Below are positions 41,885 to 56,794 of a stretch of DNA of 64,000 bases, piece after piece (position 1 is the stretch's first letter; the number at the start of each line of letters is the position of its first letter). Under the pieces are notes generated by a model that was given only the letters and a program-made list of their open reading frames with translations, was not told the DNA's origin and did not search any database. The position numbers and the translations under genes are program-made. The stretch is from Dictyostelium discoideum. Taxonomy: Eukaryota. The DNA lies in contig CM000150.2 in assembly GCA_000004695.1 (NCBI GenBank), positions 4,544,001 through 4,608,000 on the forward strand, written 5' to 3'.

Positions 41885-42185
41885 TATTGGTTTTTTATTA
41901 ATAATAATGATGGTGATAATAATAATAATAATAATAATGTATTAGTTTTTTATTAATAATAGACCCAATTGGAGAGTGCTAAACTACGAGCCTGTAAGTA
42001 ATTATCTCACAAATTTTAAATCTGAATTATTATTGTTTTTTTTTTAATTATTTATTAATATTATTTTTTTTATTATTATTTATTTTTTTTTTTTTTTTTT
42101 GCCTAGGTATTTAAAAAAAAAAAAAAATTAAAAAAAAAAAAAAAAAATTAATTTAATTCTTAAATAATTATTTTAAATTGTAAAA

Positions 42186-42348
42186 ATGAAATTATTATTA
42201 GCTTTATTATCTCTTCTTTTAACATTTTCAGTATTGGTACAATCTCATGAAGCCTATTTTGGTTTAAAAACCAATGATAACGAAGAGTTTGTTTTCAAAT
42301 TAATAAAATCCGCAGAAATTCAAAAAGCCAGAAAAATTTTGTCTGGAA
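42186..42348 (+). CDS. First exon (signal peptide plus about 34 aa) of a putative small secreted multi-exon gene extending to about 43100
   Basis: MKLLLALLSLLLTFSVLVQS|HEAYFGLKTNDNEEFVFKLIKSAEIQKARKILSGS, then gtaagt. Downstream GC-richer islands are flanked by AG/GT: 42567-42629 (...EEYEIHVMGNIKKKQEKYNP), 42700-42810 (...YSFILDPNTIDFFDIGVRICDVTSQKIQDNIDRPCS|gtgagt) and a 13-nt micro-exon 42955-42967 (ttctcgctccagg|gtatgt). They are separated by (AAT)n/(ATT)n-filled introns. The full model is unresolved. Confidence 0.35.
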
Positions 42349-42372
42349 GTAAGTTATAAATTGAAACAAACT

Positions 42373-42501
<129 letters not shown>

Positions 42502-42864
42502 GACATCATTTTTTTTAGAAAATTCCACTCAAATGTTAACAATATTTTTATTTTATTTTTAAAATAGAGGAAGAATATGAAATTCATGTAATGGGTAATA
42601 TTAAAAAGAAGCAAGAAAAATATAATCCAAGTAAATATTCTATTGACTTTATAAACTTTTAATATAAAATTATTTTATTAATTCATTTCATCACTTAAAG
42701 ATTATTCCTTTATTCTTGACCCAAATACAATCGATTTTTTTGACATTGGTGTTAGAATTTGTGATGTTACATCTCAAAAGATACAAGATAACATTGATAG
42801 ACCCTGTAGTAGTGAGTATTTTAACATATAAAATTAATATTTAAACTTTAAATTAAAACTAATA

Positions 42865-42931
<67 letters not shown>

Positions 42932-43311
42932 TTTTATAAAACGATAAATTATAGTTCTCGCTCCAGGGTATGTATTTAATTAAATAATATTTTTTAAAAT
43001 TAAAAAATACAATTTGATTAACATATTATTATTATTATAAAAAAAAATTTATAAATAATTCAATAGTTGCCTCTGGTGTCCAAGATCTTCAAGATTAACT
43101 AGAGAAATTAACTATAAGGCCGATTAAATTACTTAGTGTCCTGAAAAATAAAACTCAAATTTTGGATTTTAACATCATATTAAAAAAAAATGGAATTAAA
43201 TGGAAAAAAATAATAAAAAAACAACAAATTAATGACACTTTTTTTAATATTAAACTAATTGGAGTTTGTAAAGTTATTGTATGTTTTTTTCAAAGTTATT
43301 TTACGGTATAT

Positions 43312-43347
<36 letters not shown>

Positions 43348-43613
43348 CAACACCTCTATTTTAATTGTTTTATTTTTTTTTATTTTTTTATAATTTTTTT
43401 ATATTTATTTGGTAAAATTGAAAAAAAAAAAAAAATCTAAAAAAAAATATCTACAGTAGATAATTATAATTATTTTTTTAATTTTTTATTTTTTATTTTA
43501 ATTTTTTTTTTTTTTTTTTATTTTTTTTTTATTTTTTTTTTTTTTTGTATTTTTTTTTTTTTTATTATTATTATTAATCAAATAGAAATAGAAATAGAAA
43601 TAGAAATAGAATT

Positions 43614-46316
<2,703 letters not shown>

Positions 46317-46926
46317 TCAATTTTTAATATTGTTTAATGTGGTTGGTATTAATTTTAGGAGTAAAAAAAAAAAAAACATTGTTTAGTTCAAATCGCCATT
46401 CTCTCGCACAAAACCTAAAAATATAAAAATATTTGAAAAAAAAAATAAAAAATAAATTATTAAAAAAAAAAAAAAAAAAAATCAGGCGACCAGTGGCAAA
46501 AATAAAAATAAAACAAAAAACAAAAAAAAACAAAAAAAGGTCAAAAAAACAAAAATAAAAAAAAAATTAAAAATAAAAAAAAAATTATCTGGTTAAAGAG
46601 TTTTTTTTTTTAAATATTTGATTATTACCACTGGTACTATTGTAATACCCAGAATGAAATTAAAAAAACAATTTCATTCCTTTTTTCTTTTTGTTTTTTT
46701 TTAAAATTTGTAAAAAAAAAAAAAAAAAAATTAAAAAAACAAAAAAAATAAAAATAAAAAATCGATCACATATAATTTATAAATATTTATAACTATAATT
46801 AATTTATTTTTAATAAAAAAAAAAAATCTTCATTTATTATATTTTTTTTTAAAAAAATAATATTTTATTTCTTTTTTTATTTTTTTCTATACAATAAAAA
46901 AAAAAAGATTTTTTAAAAAAAAAAAA

Positions 46927-48864
46927 ATGGAAAGAAATTTATTAAATTGGTTATTTTTAAAAGGAAAAATTGATGGTGATTGGATTTTAGAATATGTAAA
47001 GAATTTATCAGAAAATGGTTTACATATATCATTAAAATCACTTTATTTATATTGTAAATTTCAAATTAATTTTATTGAGGAAGAAAAATTTGTAAATTCT
47101 TATTTAATTAAAGAATTGGAACAAATTAACTCATTAAAAGATAATCATGAATTTATATATAGTATTCATGATAATTTTATTAAAAATAAAATCAAAGAAT
47201 TAGAAAAATGTTTTAATAATAAAAAAGAAATTGAAAATTTTACAAAACAACTATTAATTTGTTTGGATATAATTAGAAATAATAAAAAATTATTAATTAA
47301 AAATGAAAATTTTAATTATTTTAATTTAAAAAATAGTGAACAAAGTGGTGAAACTTTTTTAAACAATATCTGGAGAAATGGTTTAATTAAAGAGAAAATA
47401 ATTTATTATTTATCAATTTTTAAAAATAATAGATTTAAAAAGAAATTTACATCAATTAAAGAATTGGAACAATATAAATTTAAAGATTTTTTAGATTATG
47501 TTGAATTATCACTACCAAATAATAATAATAATAACAATCAAGATAGTGAATTTATAAATGATTATTTAGAGAATCAATTACCATTGTCAATTAGAAAATT
47601 ACAAATTAATAGTAATTTTTATAGTGGTGGTTATTATTATCAAGGTCAACCATATACAAGATATATTAAACCTTTATCAATATCACCATCTGTAACTTAT
47701 TTAGATTTTAGTTGCCATGATGAAATAAATTCTCAAATTAATATGAAATATGTTGATTTTAATTTACCAATTTTAGAAAATTATTTTTTTTTAAAAAATA
47801 ATAAAGATCAACAACAACAACAACAAGTTACATTTAAAATATTACATTTTAATACAAATTTTGATTCAAAAATTAATATTGGTGTTATTCCAGAAGGTGT
47901 TGAAACTATTGATTATACTACAGGTTGTAATCCAAGAGATGGTTTACTAAAATCTGAACAATTTCCAAAATCTTTAAAAACTTTAAATTTCAAAAGATTA
48001 AATTATGAACCACTTAAAAAAGATGATTTATATTGTAAAAATCAAACATTACCAACAACAATTACAAATTTATACTATGATACAAATACTATAATTGATG
48101 TAAATTTCTTTCCTCAATCAATTACAATTTTAAAATTGGGTAATACAAATTTAAGTTATGGTGGTTCAATGGATATATTAAAAGCTGGTGTTTTACCATC
48201 GAAATTGATTGAATTGGATCTTGGTGGTTATTTTAATGAAATTGAGGAAAATGTATTACCATCAACTTTAAAATCGTTAACATTGTGTGATGGATATATT
48301 AAAACTATTAAACCAAGATGTTTACCAAACTCATTGGAATATCTTTCATTTCACGGTGACGATAGTGTTGTACCAAAAGTAAATGATGGAATGCAATATT
48401 TAACATTGAAATCAGTTTTCAAAAAGAATCAACCATGTTTAATTAAAGGTTCATTACCAATTGGTTTAAAAACTTTAAAGCTATCTTCTCGTCAATCATT
48501 TTTAGATATATTAATACCAGATGTAATAACAAAATCACATTGCTCATTAACTAAACTATCAATTATTCAACATAAAATCTATGATTATCAAGATCAACTT
48601 GAATTATCAGAAGAAGGAACTACCTTAAAAATTAATAATTGGAAAAATTTAAAATTTAAATTACCACCAAATGTTAAAATAATTAAATACTTTTCAAATA
48701 GATATTTTCAATTTTTAGATAATTCCTTACCATTAACTCATTTTAAAACTCACTCTAAAACTGAATTTCTTTATAATTCTGATCCAAATTATTCAATATC
48801 TTTAAAAATGTGTAAAGATCATGTATTATCTCATACTAGTTATAAAAATAATAAAATAAAATAA
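46927..48864 (+). CDS. FNIP-repeat protein, paralog 3 (645 aa)
   Basis: Begins MERNLLNWLFLKGKIDGDWILEYVKNLSENGLHISLKSL. It has the same repeat architecture (LPSKLIELDLGGYFNEIEENVLPSTLKSLTLCDGYIKTIKPRCLPNSLEYLSFHGDD). Confidence 0.8.
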   Translation: MERNLLNWLFLKGKIDGDWILEYVKNLSENGLHISLKSLYLYCKFQINFIEEEKFVNSYLIKELEQINSLKDNHEFIYSIHDNFIKNKIKELEKCFNNKKEIENFTKQLLICLDIIRNNKKLLIKNENFNYFNLKNSEQSGETFLNNIWRNGLIKEKIIYYLSIFKNNRFKKKFTSIKELEQYKFKDFLDYVELSLPNNNNNNNQDSEFINDYLENQLPLSIRKLQINSNFYSGGYYYQGQPYTRYIKPLSISPSVTYLDFSCHDEINSQINMKYVDFNLPILENYFFLKNNKDQQQQQQVTFKILHFNTNFDSKINIGVIPEGVETIDYTTGCNPRDGLLKSEQFPKSLKTLNFKRLNYEPLKKDDLYCKNQTLPTTITNLYYDTNTIIDVNFFPQSITILKLGNTNLSYGGSMDILKAGVLPSKLIELDLGGYFNEIEENVLPSTLKSLTLCDGYIKTIKPRCLPNSLEYLSFHGDDSVVPKVNDGMQYLTLKSVFKKNQPCLIKGSLPIGLKTLKLSSRQSFLDILIPDVITKSHCSLTKLSIIQHKIYDYQDQLELSEEGTTLKINNWKNLKFKLPPNVKIIKYFSNRYFQFLDNSLPLTHFKTHSKTEFLYNSDPNYSISLKMCKDHVLSHTSYKNNKIK

Positions 48865-49024
48865 ATTAAGTAATTAAAAAAAAAAAAGAATCAATTTAAT
48901 ATAATTTAATTCGATAAAACTAAAATAGATAATTTACAAAAAAAGAAAAGAGTAGATATATATACATATAGTTTGGAACACAAATTTTAAAATAATAGAT
49001 AATTTGGATGTTTTTTATTTATTT

Positions 49025-49070
<46 letters not shown>

Positions 49071-49104
49071 CTTTACTTGGTCAAAAGAAATCTACTAGTT
49101 TAAT

Positions 49105-49521
49105 TTATTTTGTGTAAACGAGATCAGTGATTGAGAAAATTGCTGGTTCTGAACCTTTAGTAATATAACCGAAAGTGAATGTGGTGTTAAATGCTAAACC
49201 GATTTGTGAAATGTATTGTGGGAAATGTAATTTTGCATGTTGTAAATCTTTTGGAATTGCTTCTACAAAGTCTAATTTCCAAAGATCAGATCTTCTTTGA
49301 ATGTTAAAATTGGATTCTGGTATTATAGTTGCATCATAAACCATTGATGTTCCAGTATTGGTTACAGTAGCAACATAGATAGAATAAGATATATCTTGAT
49401 CAGTCCATGTTGAATTTTTCATTTGAGAAATTGTTAATTGCATTGCTTGATTTTCACCATAAACTGCAAATGAAAACATTGCAATCATAAAAGTAATTAA
49501 TAAAATATGTTTGATCATCAT
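49105..49521 (-). CDS. Small secreted protein, tandem copy 1 (138 aa; signal peptide plus a mature domain of about 117 aa)
   Basis: MMIKHILLITFMIAMFSFAVYG|ENQAMQLTISQMKNSTWTDQDISYSIYVATVTNTGTSMVYDATIIPESNFNIQRRSDLWKLDFVEAIPKDLQHAKLHFPQYISQIGLAFNTTFTFGYITKGSEPAIFSITDLVYTK. The mature domain is Thr/Ser/aromatic-rich and predicted beta-rich; family unknown. Confidence 0.8.
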   Translation of the reverse strand: MMIKHILLITFMIAMFSFAVYGENQAMQLTISQMKNSTWTDQDISYSIYVATVTNTGTSMVYDATIIPESNFNIQRRSDLWKLDFVEAIPKDLQHAKLHFPQYISQIGLAFNTTFTFGYITKGSEPAIFSITDLVYTK

Positions 49522-50431
49522 TTTTAATAATTTTCTTTTTTTTATTTTTTTTTATTTAAGATCTTTAATTAAATTTTAATTTTTAATGTTTTTAAGAAAT
49601 AAGTAATTTTACTTTGTTTTTTTTTTTTAATGATTTAGAGAAAAAAAAAAATTCTTAAATAGTTTTTTTTTTTTTTTTTTTTTAAATAATAAATAAAAAA
49701 ATTCTTATATTATTATTTACAAGTTTTAAAATAATTAATGTAAAATATATAAAATATTTATAAAAATAGTATGCATAATGGCAGTATAATGATATAATAC
49801 CACTTAAAAAAGTATAAATTTTTAAAAAAAAAATGAAAATGTGGTAAAAAGTGGTAAAAATGATTAATATGATTAAATTAATGATTAAAAAAAAAAAATT
49901 TGGTAAAAACTAAATTGTAATGTGAAAATTGGTGACCTATTGTTTTTAATAATAATTAATTGTATTTTTTTTTTTTTTTTTTTTTTTGTATTAAATCATT
50001 TTTTATTACTTATTTGTTTTAAATGAGTTAAAAAAAAAAAAAAAAAAATAGAATAAAATATAAAAGGATTTTTAAAAAAAAAAACTGAATAATTAAATTT
50101 GAAAAAAAAAAAAAAAACGAACCCGATCCAACTAGTGAGAACAAGTTTTTGTAAGAAATTCAAATTTATTTTGAATATATTTTTTTTTTTTTTTTTTTAT
50201 TTTGGCTTACCCACAAACAATTACATTATATAAAATTTTATTAGATAAATAAAAAAAAAAAAAAAAATAAGAAATGAATAGATATTATCTAAACATTGAT
50301 TTAAGGCTGATATGGATAATTTCAAAAACTCATTTTTGGTATTAAAATAGATAATATGGACATTACAAATTTATTTGGTTTTTTTTTTTTTTTTTTTTTT
50401 TACTTTGTCAAAAGAAATCTACTGTTTCAAT

Positions 50432-50848
50432 TTATTTTGTGTAAACGAGATCAGTGATTGAGAAAATTGCTGGTTCTGAACCTTTAGTAATATAACCGAA
50501 AGTGAATGTGGTGTTAAATGCTAAACCGATTTGTGAAATGTATTGTGGGAAATGTAATTTTGCATGTTGTAAATCTTTTGGAATTGCTTCTACAAAGTCT
50601 AATTTCCATAGATCAGATCTTCTTTGAATGTTGAAATTGGATTCTGGTATTATAGTTGCATCATAAACCATTGATGTTCCAGTATTGATTACAGTAGCAA
50701 CATAGATAGAATAAGATATATCTTGATCAGTCCATGTGGAATTTTTCATTTGAGAAATTGTTAATTGCATTGCTTGATTCTCACCATAAACTGCGAATGA
50801 AAACATTGCAATCATAAAAGTAATTAATAAAATATGTTTGATCATCAT
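50432..50848 (-). CDS. Small secreted protein, tandem copy 2 (T54I relative to copy 1)
   Basis: One amino-acid difference from copy 1. Confidence 0.8.
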   Translation of the reverse strand: MMIKHILLITFMIAMFSFAVYGENQAMQLTISQMKNSTWTDQDISYSIYVATVINTGTSMVYDATIIPESNFNIQRRSDLWKLDFVEAIPKDLQHAKLHFPQYISQIGLAFNTTFTFGYITKGSEPAIFSITDLVYTK

Positions 50849-50988
50849 TTTTAGTATAATTATTTTTTTTTTTTTATTTAAGATCTTTAATTAAAATTTG
50901 ATTTTTAATGTTTTTAAGAAATAAGTAATTTTACTTTGTTTTTTTTTTTTAATGATTTAAAGAAAAAAAAAAAATTAAATAGTATTTT

Positions 50989-51040
<52 letters not shown>

Positions 51041-51362
51041 AATAAAAAAATTCTTATATTGCTATTTACAAATTTTAAAATAATAAATGCACAATAGAAA
51101 AATATTTATTAAAATGGTATGCATACTGGCAGTATAATGATATAATAATATTACTTAAAAAAGTATAAATATTTAATAAAATAAAAATGTGGTAAAAATG
51201 ATTAATATGATTAAATTAATGATAAAAAAAAAAAATTTATAAAAATTAAATTGTAAAATGAAAATATAAAAAATTGGTGACCTTTTGCTTATATTAATAA
51301 CTTATTGTATTTTTTTATTTTTGGATTAATTAATTATTTATTTGTGTAAATGAGTTAAAGCG

Positions 51363-51398
<36 letters not shown>

Positions 51399-51761
51399 TG
51401 AACATATCAAAGGATTTTAAAAAAAAAACCTGAAAATTAAATTTGAGAAATAAAAATAACTCCACCCAACCAATGAGAACAAATTTCTGTAAGAAACCCA
51501 AATTTATTTTGGATTTTTTTTTTGTGATTCAATAAACAATGAACATTTTATTTTTGTATTGCATAAAACTTTAATAGATAATTAAAAAAAAAAAAAAAAA
51601 AAAATGAATAGATATTATCTAAACATTGATTTAAGGCTGATATGGATAATTTCAAAAACTCATTTTTGGTATTAAAATAGATAATATGGACATTACAAAT
51701 TTATTTGGTTTTTTTTTTTTTTTTTTTTTTTACTTTGCCAAAAGAAATCTACTGTTTTAAT

Positions 51762-52175
51762 TTATTTTGTGTAAACGAGATCAGTGATTGAAAAAATTGC
51801 TGGTTCTGAACCTTTAGTAATGTAACCGAAAGTGAATGTGGTGTTAAATGCTAAACCGATTTGTGAAATGTATTGTGGGAAATGTAATTTTGCATGTTGT
51901 AAATCTTTTGGAATTGCTTCTACAAAGTCTAATTTCCATAGATCGGATCTTCTTTGAATGTTGAAATTGGATTCTGGTGTTATAGTTGCATCATAAACCA
52001 TTGATGTTCCAGTATTGATTACAGTAGCAACATAGATAGAATAAGATATATCTTGATCAGTCCATGTTGAATTTTTCATTTGAGAAATTGTTAATTGCAT
52101 TGCTTGATTTTCACCATAAACTGCAAATGAAAACATTACAATCATAAAAGTAATTAATAAAATATGTTTGATCAT
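51762..52175 (-). CDS. Small secreted protein, tandem copy 3 (137 aa)
   Basis: Has a single initiator Met (one cat lost) and the substitutions A13V and I66T. Confidence 0.8.
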   Translation of the reverse strand: MIKHILLITFMIVMFSFAVYGENQAMQLTISQMKNSTWTDQDISYSIYVATVINTGTSMVYDATITPESNFNIQRRSDLWKLDFVEAIPKDLQHAKLHFPQYISQIGLAFNTTFTFGYITKGSEPAIFSITDLVYTK

Positions 52176-52963
52176 TTTAAGTATAATTTGTTTTTTATTT
52201 AAGATCTTTAATTAAATATTAATTTTTAATGTTTTTAAGAAATAAGTAATTTTACTTTGTTTTTTTTTTAATGATTTAAAGAAAAAAAAAAATCTCTTAA
52301 ATAGGATTTTTTTTTTTTTTTTTTTTTTTTTAAATAATAAATAGAAAAATTCTTATATTATTATTTACAAATTTTAAAATTATAAATATACAATAAAAAT
52401 TTTAATAGAAATAGTATGCATAATGGCAGTATAATGATATTATATAATGATATTTTATAATACCACTTAAAAAAGTATAAAATTTTTATAAAATAAAAAT
52501 GTTGTAAAAAGTGGTAAAAATGATTAATATGACTAAAAAAAAAAAATTTATAAAAATTAAATTGTAAAGTGAAAACTTTAAAATGGGTAACCTATCGTTT
52601 ATAATAATAATTAATTGTATTTTTTTTTTTTTTTTTTTTTTTAATTAATTATTAATTTGTTTAAATGAGTGAAAAAAATAAAAAAAAAAAAAAAAAAATA
52701 GGTGAACAAATCTGTTTTTAAAAAAAAACCTGAAAATTAAATTTGAAAAATAAAAATAAGAAATCCAATTTTTTTTTTTTGAATATCCAAAAACAAAGAC
52801 ACATTTTATCTTGGTATTGTATAAAACTTTAATAGATAATTTTAAAAAAAAAAAAAAAATATGAATAGATATTATCTAAACATTGATTTAAGGCTTATAT
52901 GGATAATTTCAAAAACTCATTTTTGGTATTAAAATAGATAATATAGACGTTACAAATTTATTT

Positions 52964-53002
<39 letters not shown>

Positions 53003-53028
53003 GGCCAAAAGAAATCTACTGTTTTAAT

Positions 53029-53445
53029 TTATTTTGTGTAAACGAGATCAGTGATTGAGAAAATTGCTGGTTCTAAACCTTTAGTAATATAACCGAAAGT
53101 GAATGTGGTGTTAAATGCTAAACCGATTTGTGAAATGTATTGTGGGAAATGTAATTTTGCATGTTGTAAATCTTTTGGAATTGCTTCTACAAAGTCTAAT
53201 TTCCAAAGATCAGATCTTCTTTGAATGTTGAAATTGGATTCTGGTGTTATAGTTGCATCATAAACCATTGATGTTCCAGTATTGGTTACAGTAGCAACAT
53301 AGATAGAATAAGATATATCTTGATCAGTCCATGTTGAATTTTTCATTTGAGAAATTGTTAATTGCATTGCTTGATTTTCACCGTATACTGCGAATGAAAA
53401 CATTGCAATCATAAAAGTAATTAATAAAATATTTTTGATCATCAT
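53029..53445 (-). CDS. Small secreted protein, tandem copy 4
   Basis: Differs from copy 1 at H5N, I66T and S124L. Confidence 0.8.
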   Translation of the reverse strand: MMIKNILLITFMIAMFSFAVYGENQAMQLTISQMKNSTWTDQDISYSIYVATVTNTGTSMVYDATITPESNFNIQRRSDLWKLDFVEAIPKDLQHAKLHFPQYISQIGLAFNTTFTFGYITKGLEPAIFSITDLVYTK

Positions 53446-54953
53446 TTTTGATAGGTTTTTTTTTAGATTTTTTATTAAAGTTTAATTGTTTTTAAGAAAT
53501 AAGTAATTTTACTTTGTTTTTTTTTTTTTAATGATTTAAAGAAAAAAAAAAATTTCTTAAATAGTTATTTTTTTTTTTTTTTTTTTTTATAAATAATTTC
53601 TTGTTATAATTATTTACAAATTTTAAAATAATTAATGTAAAATATATAAAATATTTATAGAAATAGTATATGCATGATGGCAGTATAATGATATTTAAAT
53701 AAAATTGTGGTAAAAAGTGGTAAAAATGATTAATATGATTAAAAAAAAAAAAAAAAAAAATTACCAAAAAAATTAATAAAAACTAAATTGTAGAGTGAAA
53801 AATGGGTGACATATCGTTTATAATAAAAATAAATTGCATGTTTAAATAAAATAATAATAAAAAAAGAAAATTTTGAATAAATAAAAAAGATATATAAATA
53901 TTTCAACTTTACACAAACAAATATAATATAGTTTAAAAACTAATAAATTTTTGGTGTATATATGAGAATTAACTTCTTTTTTTTTTTTTTTTTTTTTTTG
54001 TTAAAGAAATAAAACAATAATTATTTGGAAAATTCCAAAATCAATTTGGAATTTGGAAATATCAAAATATTTTAGCTATTGACTTAGAACATTACTAAAA
54101 CCAATTGAATATTTTTGGTAGTGGAAATATTAAAATAATTATATTTAATGATAATTTAATTTTTATAACCATGCACTTCCTCACAACAAAATGTATATGA
54201 ATGAATTAAAAAAAAAAAAATAAAAAAATTATTTAAAGTTGACACCAAATTGGGACATTATAGTTGGAAAAATAAAAAAGATTACGAGGTGATTCTAGCT
54301 TGCTTATTTAAAAAAAAAAAATAATAAAAAAAAAAATAAAAAATAAAAATAAAAAAAATATCTCAAGTATGCGACGTTAGAATAATGCGTGCCCCGTGAA
54401 AAAAAGAGTATTGTTTTTTCAAAAAAAAAAAATTCAAAAAAAATTAAAAATTAAAAAAAAAATTCCAAACTTAGATTCTATCTTGATAAAAATCCCTCGT
54501 AGTTGTATTTTCTTTTTTTCCCATCATTTATTTTTATTTTTTTTTATTTTTTTTTTTTTATTTTATTTTTTTTTTTTTTATTTTGCCTCTACTTTCTAAT
54601 TAGCTCTTAATAAATTTCTTTCTAAATTTCAATATTGAGCAATTGCTATGATTGAAAATATCTAATTTTTTTTCCTTTTTTTTACAACATTGTTTCACCA
54701 ACAGGCAAAATTTTTTAAAAAAGGATTAAGAAAAAAAAAAAAAAAAAAAAATTTTTACCATTAATGTTAAATAAAAAGTTTTATTTAACAAATAAATAAA
54801 AACTAAATAACATATAAATAAATAATAATAATTTAAATTCTTGTATATATATAAAATAAAATAAAATAAAATAAAATAAAATAAAATAAAATAAAATAAA
54901 ATAAATATAAAATAAAATATAAATAAAATAAATATAAAATAAATAAATATAAA

Positions 54954-56449
54954 ATGAAAATATTTAATAAATTAATATTTTTAATAATTCAATGTATATT
55001 AATAATAAGTGTAACAAATGCTCAAGTTGATTGTGGTGGTACGGATAATCCATATCCAATTTATAATGAATTACCAGTTTTAATAAATCAAACTACCTAT
55101 GGCAAATTATATAAAATTGGTCCACCTGATAATTTAATAAATATAATAGAATTATATGGTACCCCATATCAAAGAGGTTTAGCACAAGGTCAATTATTAA
55201 AATCTGAAATTAATGATATTTTTGATAACTTTTTTGGTTATATTACAGTCATGGTAAATGAATTAGTTACAAAAGTTTGTATTAATTTAATTTTATTTTT
55301 AATTTTATTTAATAAATTTAATATTGACTTTTTTTTTTTTATAATAAAAATAATAATAATAGTATGCAGATTATTTACCAAAATTTTTAGTTGATGCACT
55401 TGAAGAGGGTGGTGTTGGATTAGCATTAGATATTACAGCAGATTTAACAAAGAAATATACACCAAAATCATTTTTTGAAGAAATGCAAGGTATTGCTGAT
55501 GGAAGTGGTATTGAATATAAAACAATTTTAAGGTAATTATTATAATTATATTTATATATTTATTTATTTATTAATTATTAATTATTAATTTTTTTTTTTT
55601 TTTTTTTAAAAACAATTAGATTACATATGTTCCCAGAATTAATTAAAGCAGCTTGTTCAATGGTTGGTGCATATAATTCAGCAACACTTAATAAAGGATT
55701 ATTACAATTACGAGCATTAGATTTTGGATTTGATCCAATGAATCCATTAAGACTTCATCCAACAGTAATGATTTATCATCCAGAATCAGTTAGTGCAGGT
55801 GGTGATGGTGGTCATGAATTTGCTACATTATCATGGGCAGGATTTTTAGGTACTCTTACTGGTTATAGTCAACATGTTGGTATTTGTGAAAAATATTGGT
55901 TTGGTTATAATGGCACAAGTTCACGTGAAGGTATTCCATTCCATTTCTTATTACGTGAGATTATTCAATTTGATGAATCAATTGATGAGGCATTAAATCG
56001 TATTATTAATGCTGATAGAACTTGCTCGGTTTTCATGGGTTTAGGTAGTAATCAAACTAATACTTTTAAAGCAGTCGAATATTCTTATGAATACGTTAGA
56101 GTATTTGATGATCAAACTCCATTCCCATCCTATGTTCCAACTCCTTCTGCTCATCCAGTAATTCAAGATGTAGTTTATATTGATAAATTCGTCCAACCAA
56201 GTAATCACCAATGTTTAGCTTCAGTTCTTCAAAAATCACTTGGTTCAATTGATGTAACCTCTTTAATCAATGCTGCCGCTCAATTACAAACTGGTGATAT
56301 TCATATTGGTATCTATGATTATCAACAAAATCAAATGTATGTTAGTGTTGGTACTCAATCTGGTCCATATCCACCACCTTCAAATTTCACTATAGTTCCA
56401 GCATATGCCAGACAATTTATTCAAATTGATTTAAATTCATTTTTTAATC

Positions 56450-56454
<5 letters not shown>
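54954..56454 (+). CDS. Secreted Ntn-hydrolase, peptidase C45 (acyl-CoA:6-APA acyltransferase)-like protein. Exons 54954..55253, 55363..55532 and 55620..56454.
   Basis: Signal peptide MKIFNKLIFLIIQCILIISVTNA. Intron 1 is gtaaat...ag (phase 0) and intron 2 is gtaatt...ag (phase 2). The mature region ...IADGSGIEYKTILRLHMFPELIKAACSMVGAY...LRLHPTVMIYHPESVSAGGDGGHEFATLSWAGFLGTLTGYSQHVGI resembles the autoproteolytic G|C site and the following glycine-rich strands of C45 acyltransferases. The family call is inferred. Confidence 0.55.
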
Positions 56455-56480
<26 letters not shown>

Positions 56481-56794
56481 AATTGATTCAAATTCGTTTT
56501 CAATTTCTTAATAAAAAAAAAAAATAAAAATAAAAATAAAAAAAAAAAATAATTTAAGAATGATAAAAAAAAAAAAAAAAAAAAAATTATTTTTAGTTTG
56601 TTGATTAGCACACGATTGATTACTCACCAATAGAGTTGTGGGAAATATTATAATTTTTTTTTAAAAAAAATTTTATTTTATTTTATTTTTTTTATTTTTT
56701 TTTTTTAATTTTCAAAATTTTATTTTTTTTTATTTTTTTTTTTTTTTTATAATTTTTTTTTTTTTTATAAAAAATTAATTAACAAGTTTTTACA

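Larger units (their letters stand above)
48950..53900. repeat. Tandem array of four roughly 1.33 kb units (period about 1327/1330/1267 bp), each carrying one 138-aa secreted-protein gene plus conserved 5' and 3' flanks
   Basis: The CDS sequences are near-identical. The repeated flanks include tactttg(t/c)caaaagaaatctact..., agtatgcataatggcagtataatgatat...gtggtaaaaagtggtaaaaatgattaatatgattaaa and aaatgaatagatattatctaaacattgatttaaggctgatatggataatttcaaaaactcatttttggtattaaaatagataat. By eye the units are about 97-98% identical. Confidence 0.9.

Noticed and set aside
48950-53900. Possibility that the regularly spaced repeats at 49-54 kb are a CRISPR-like array
   Set aside because: This is a eukaryotic genome. 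The units are about 1.3 kb gene-containing duplications, not short repeats with unique spacers.
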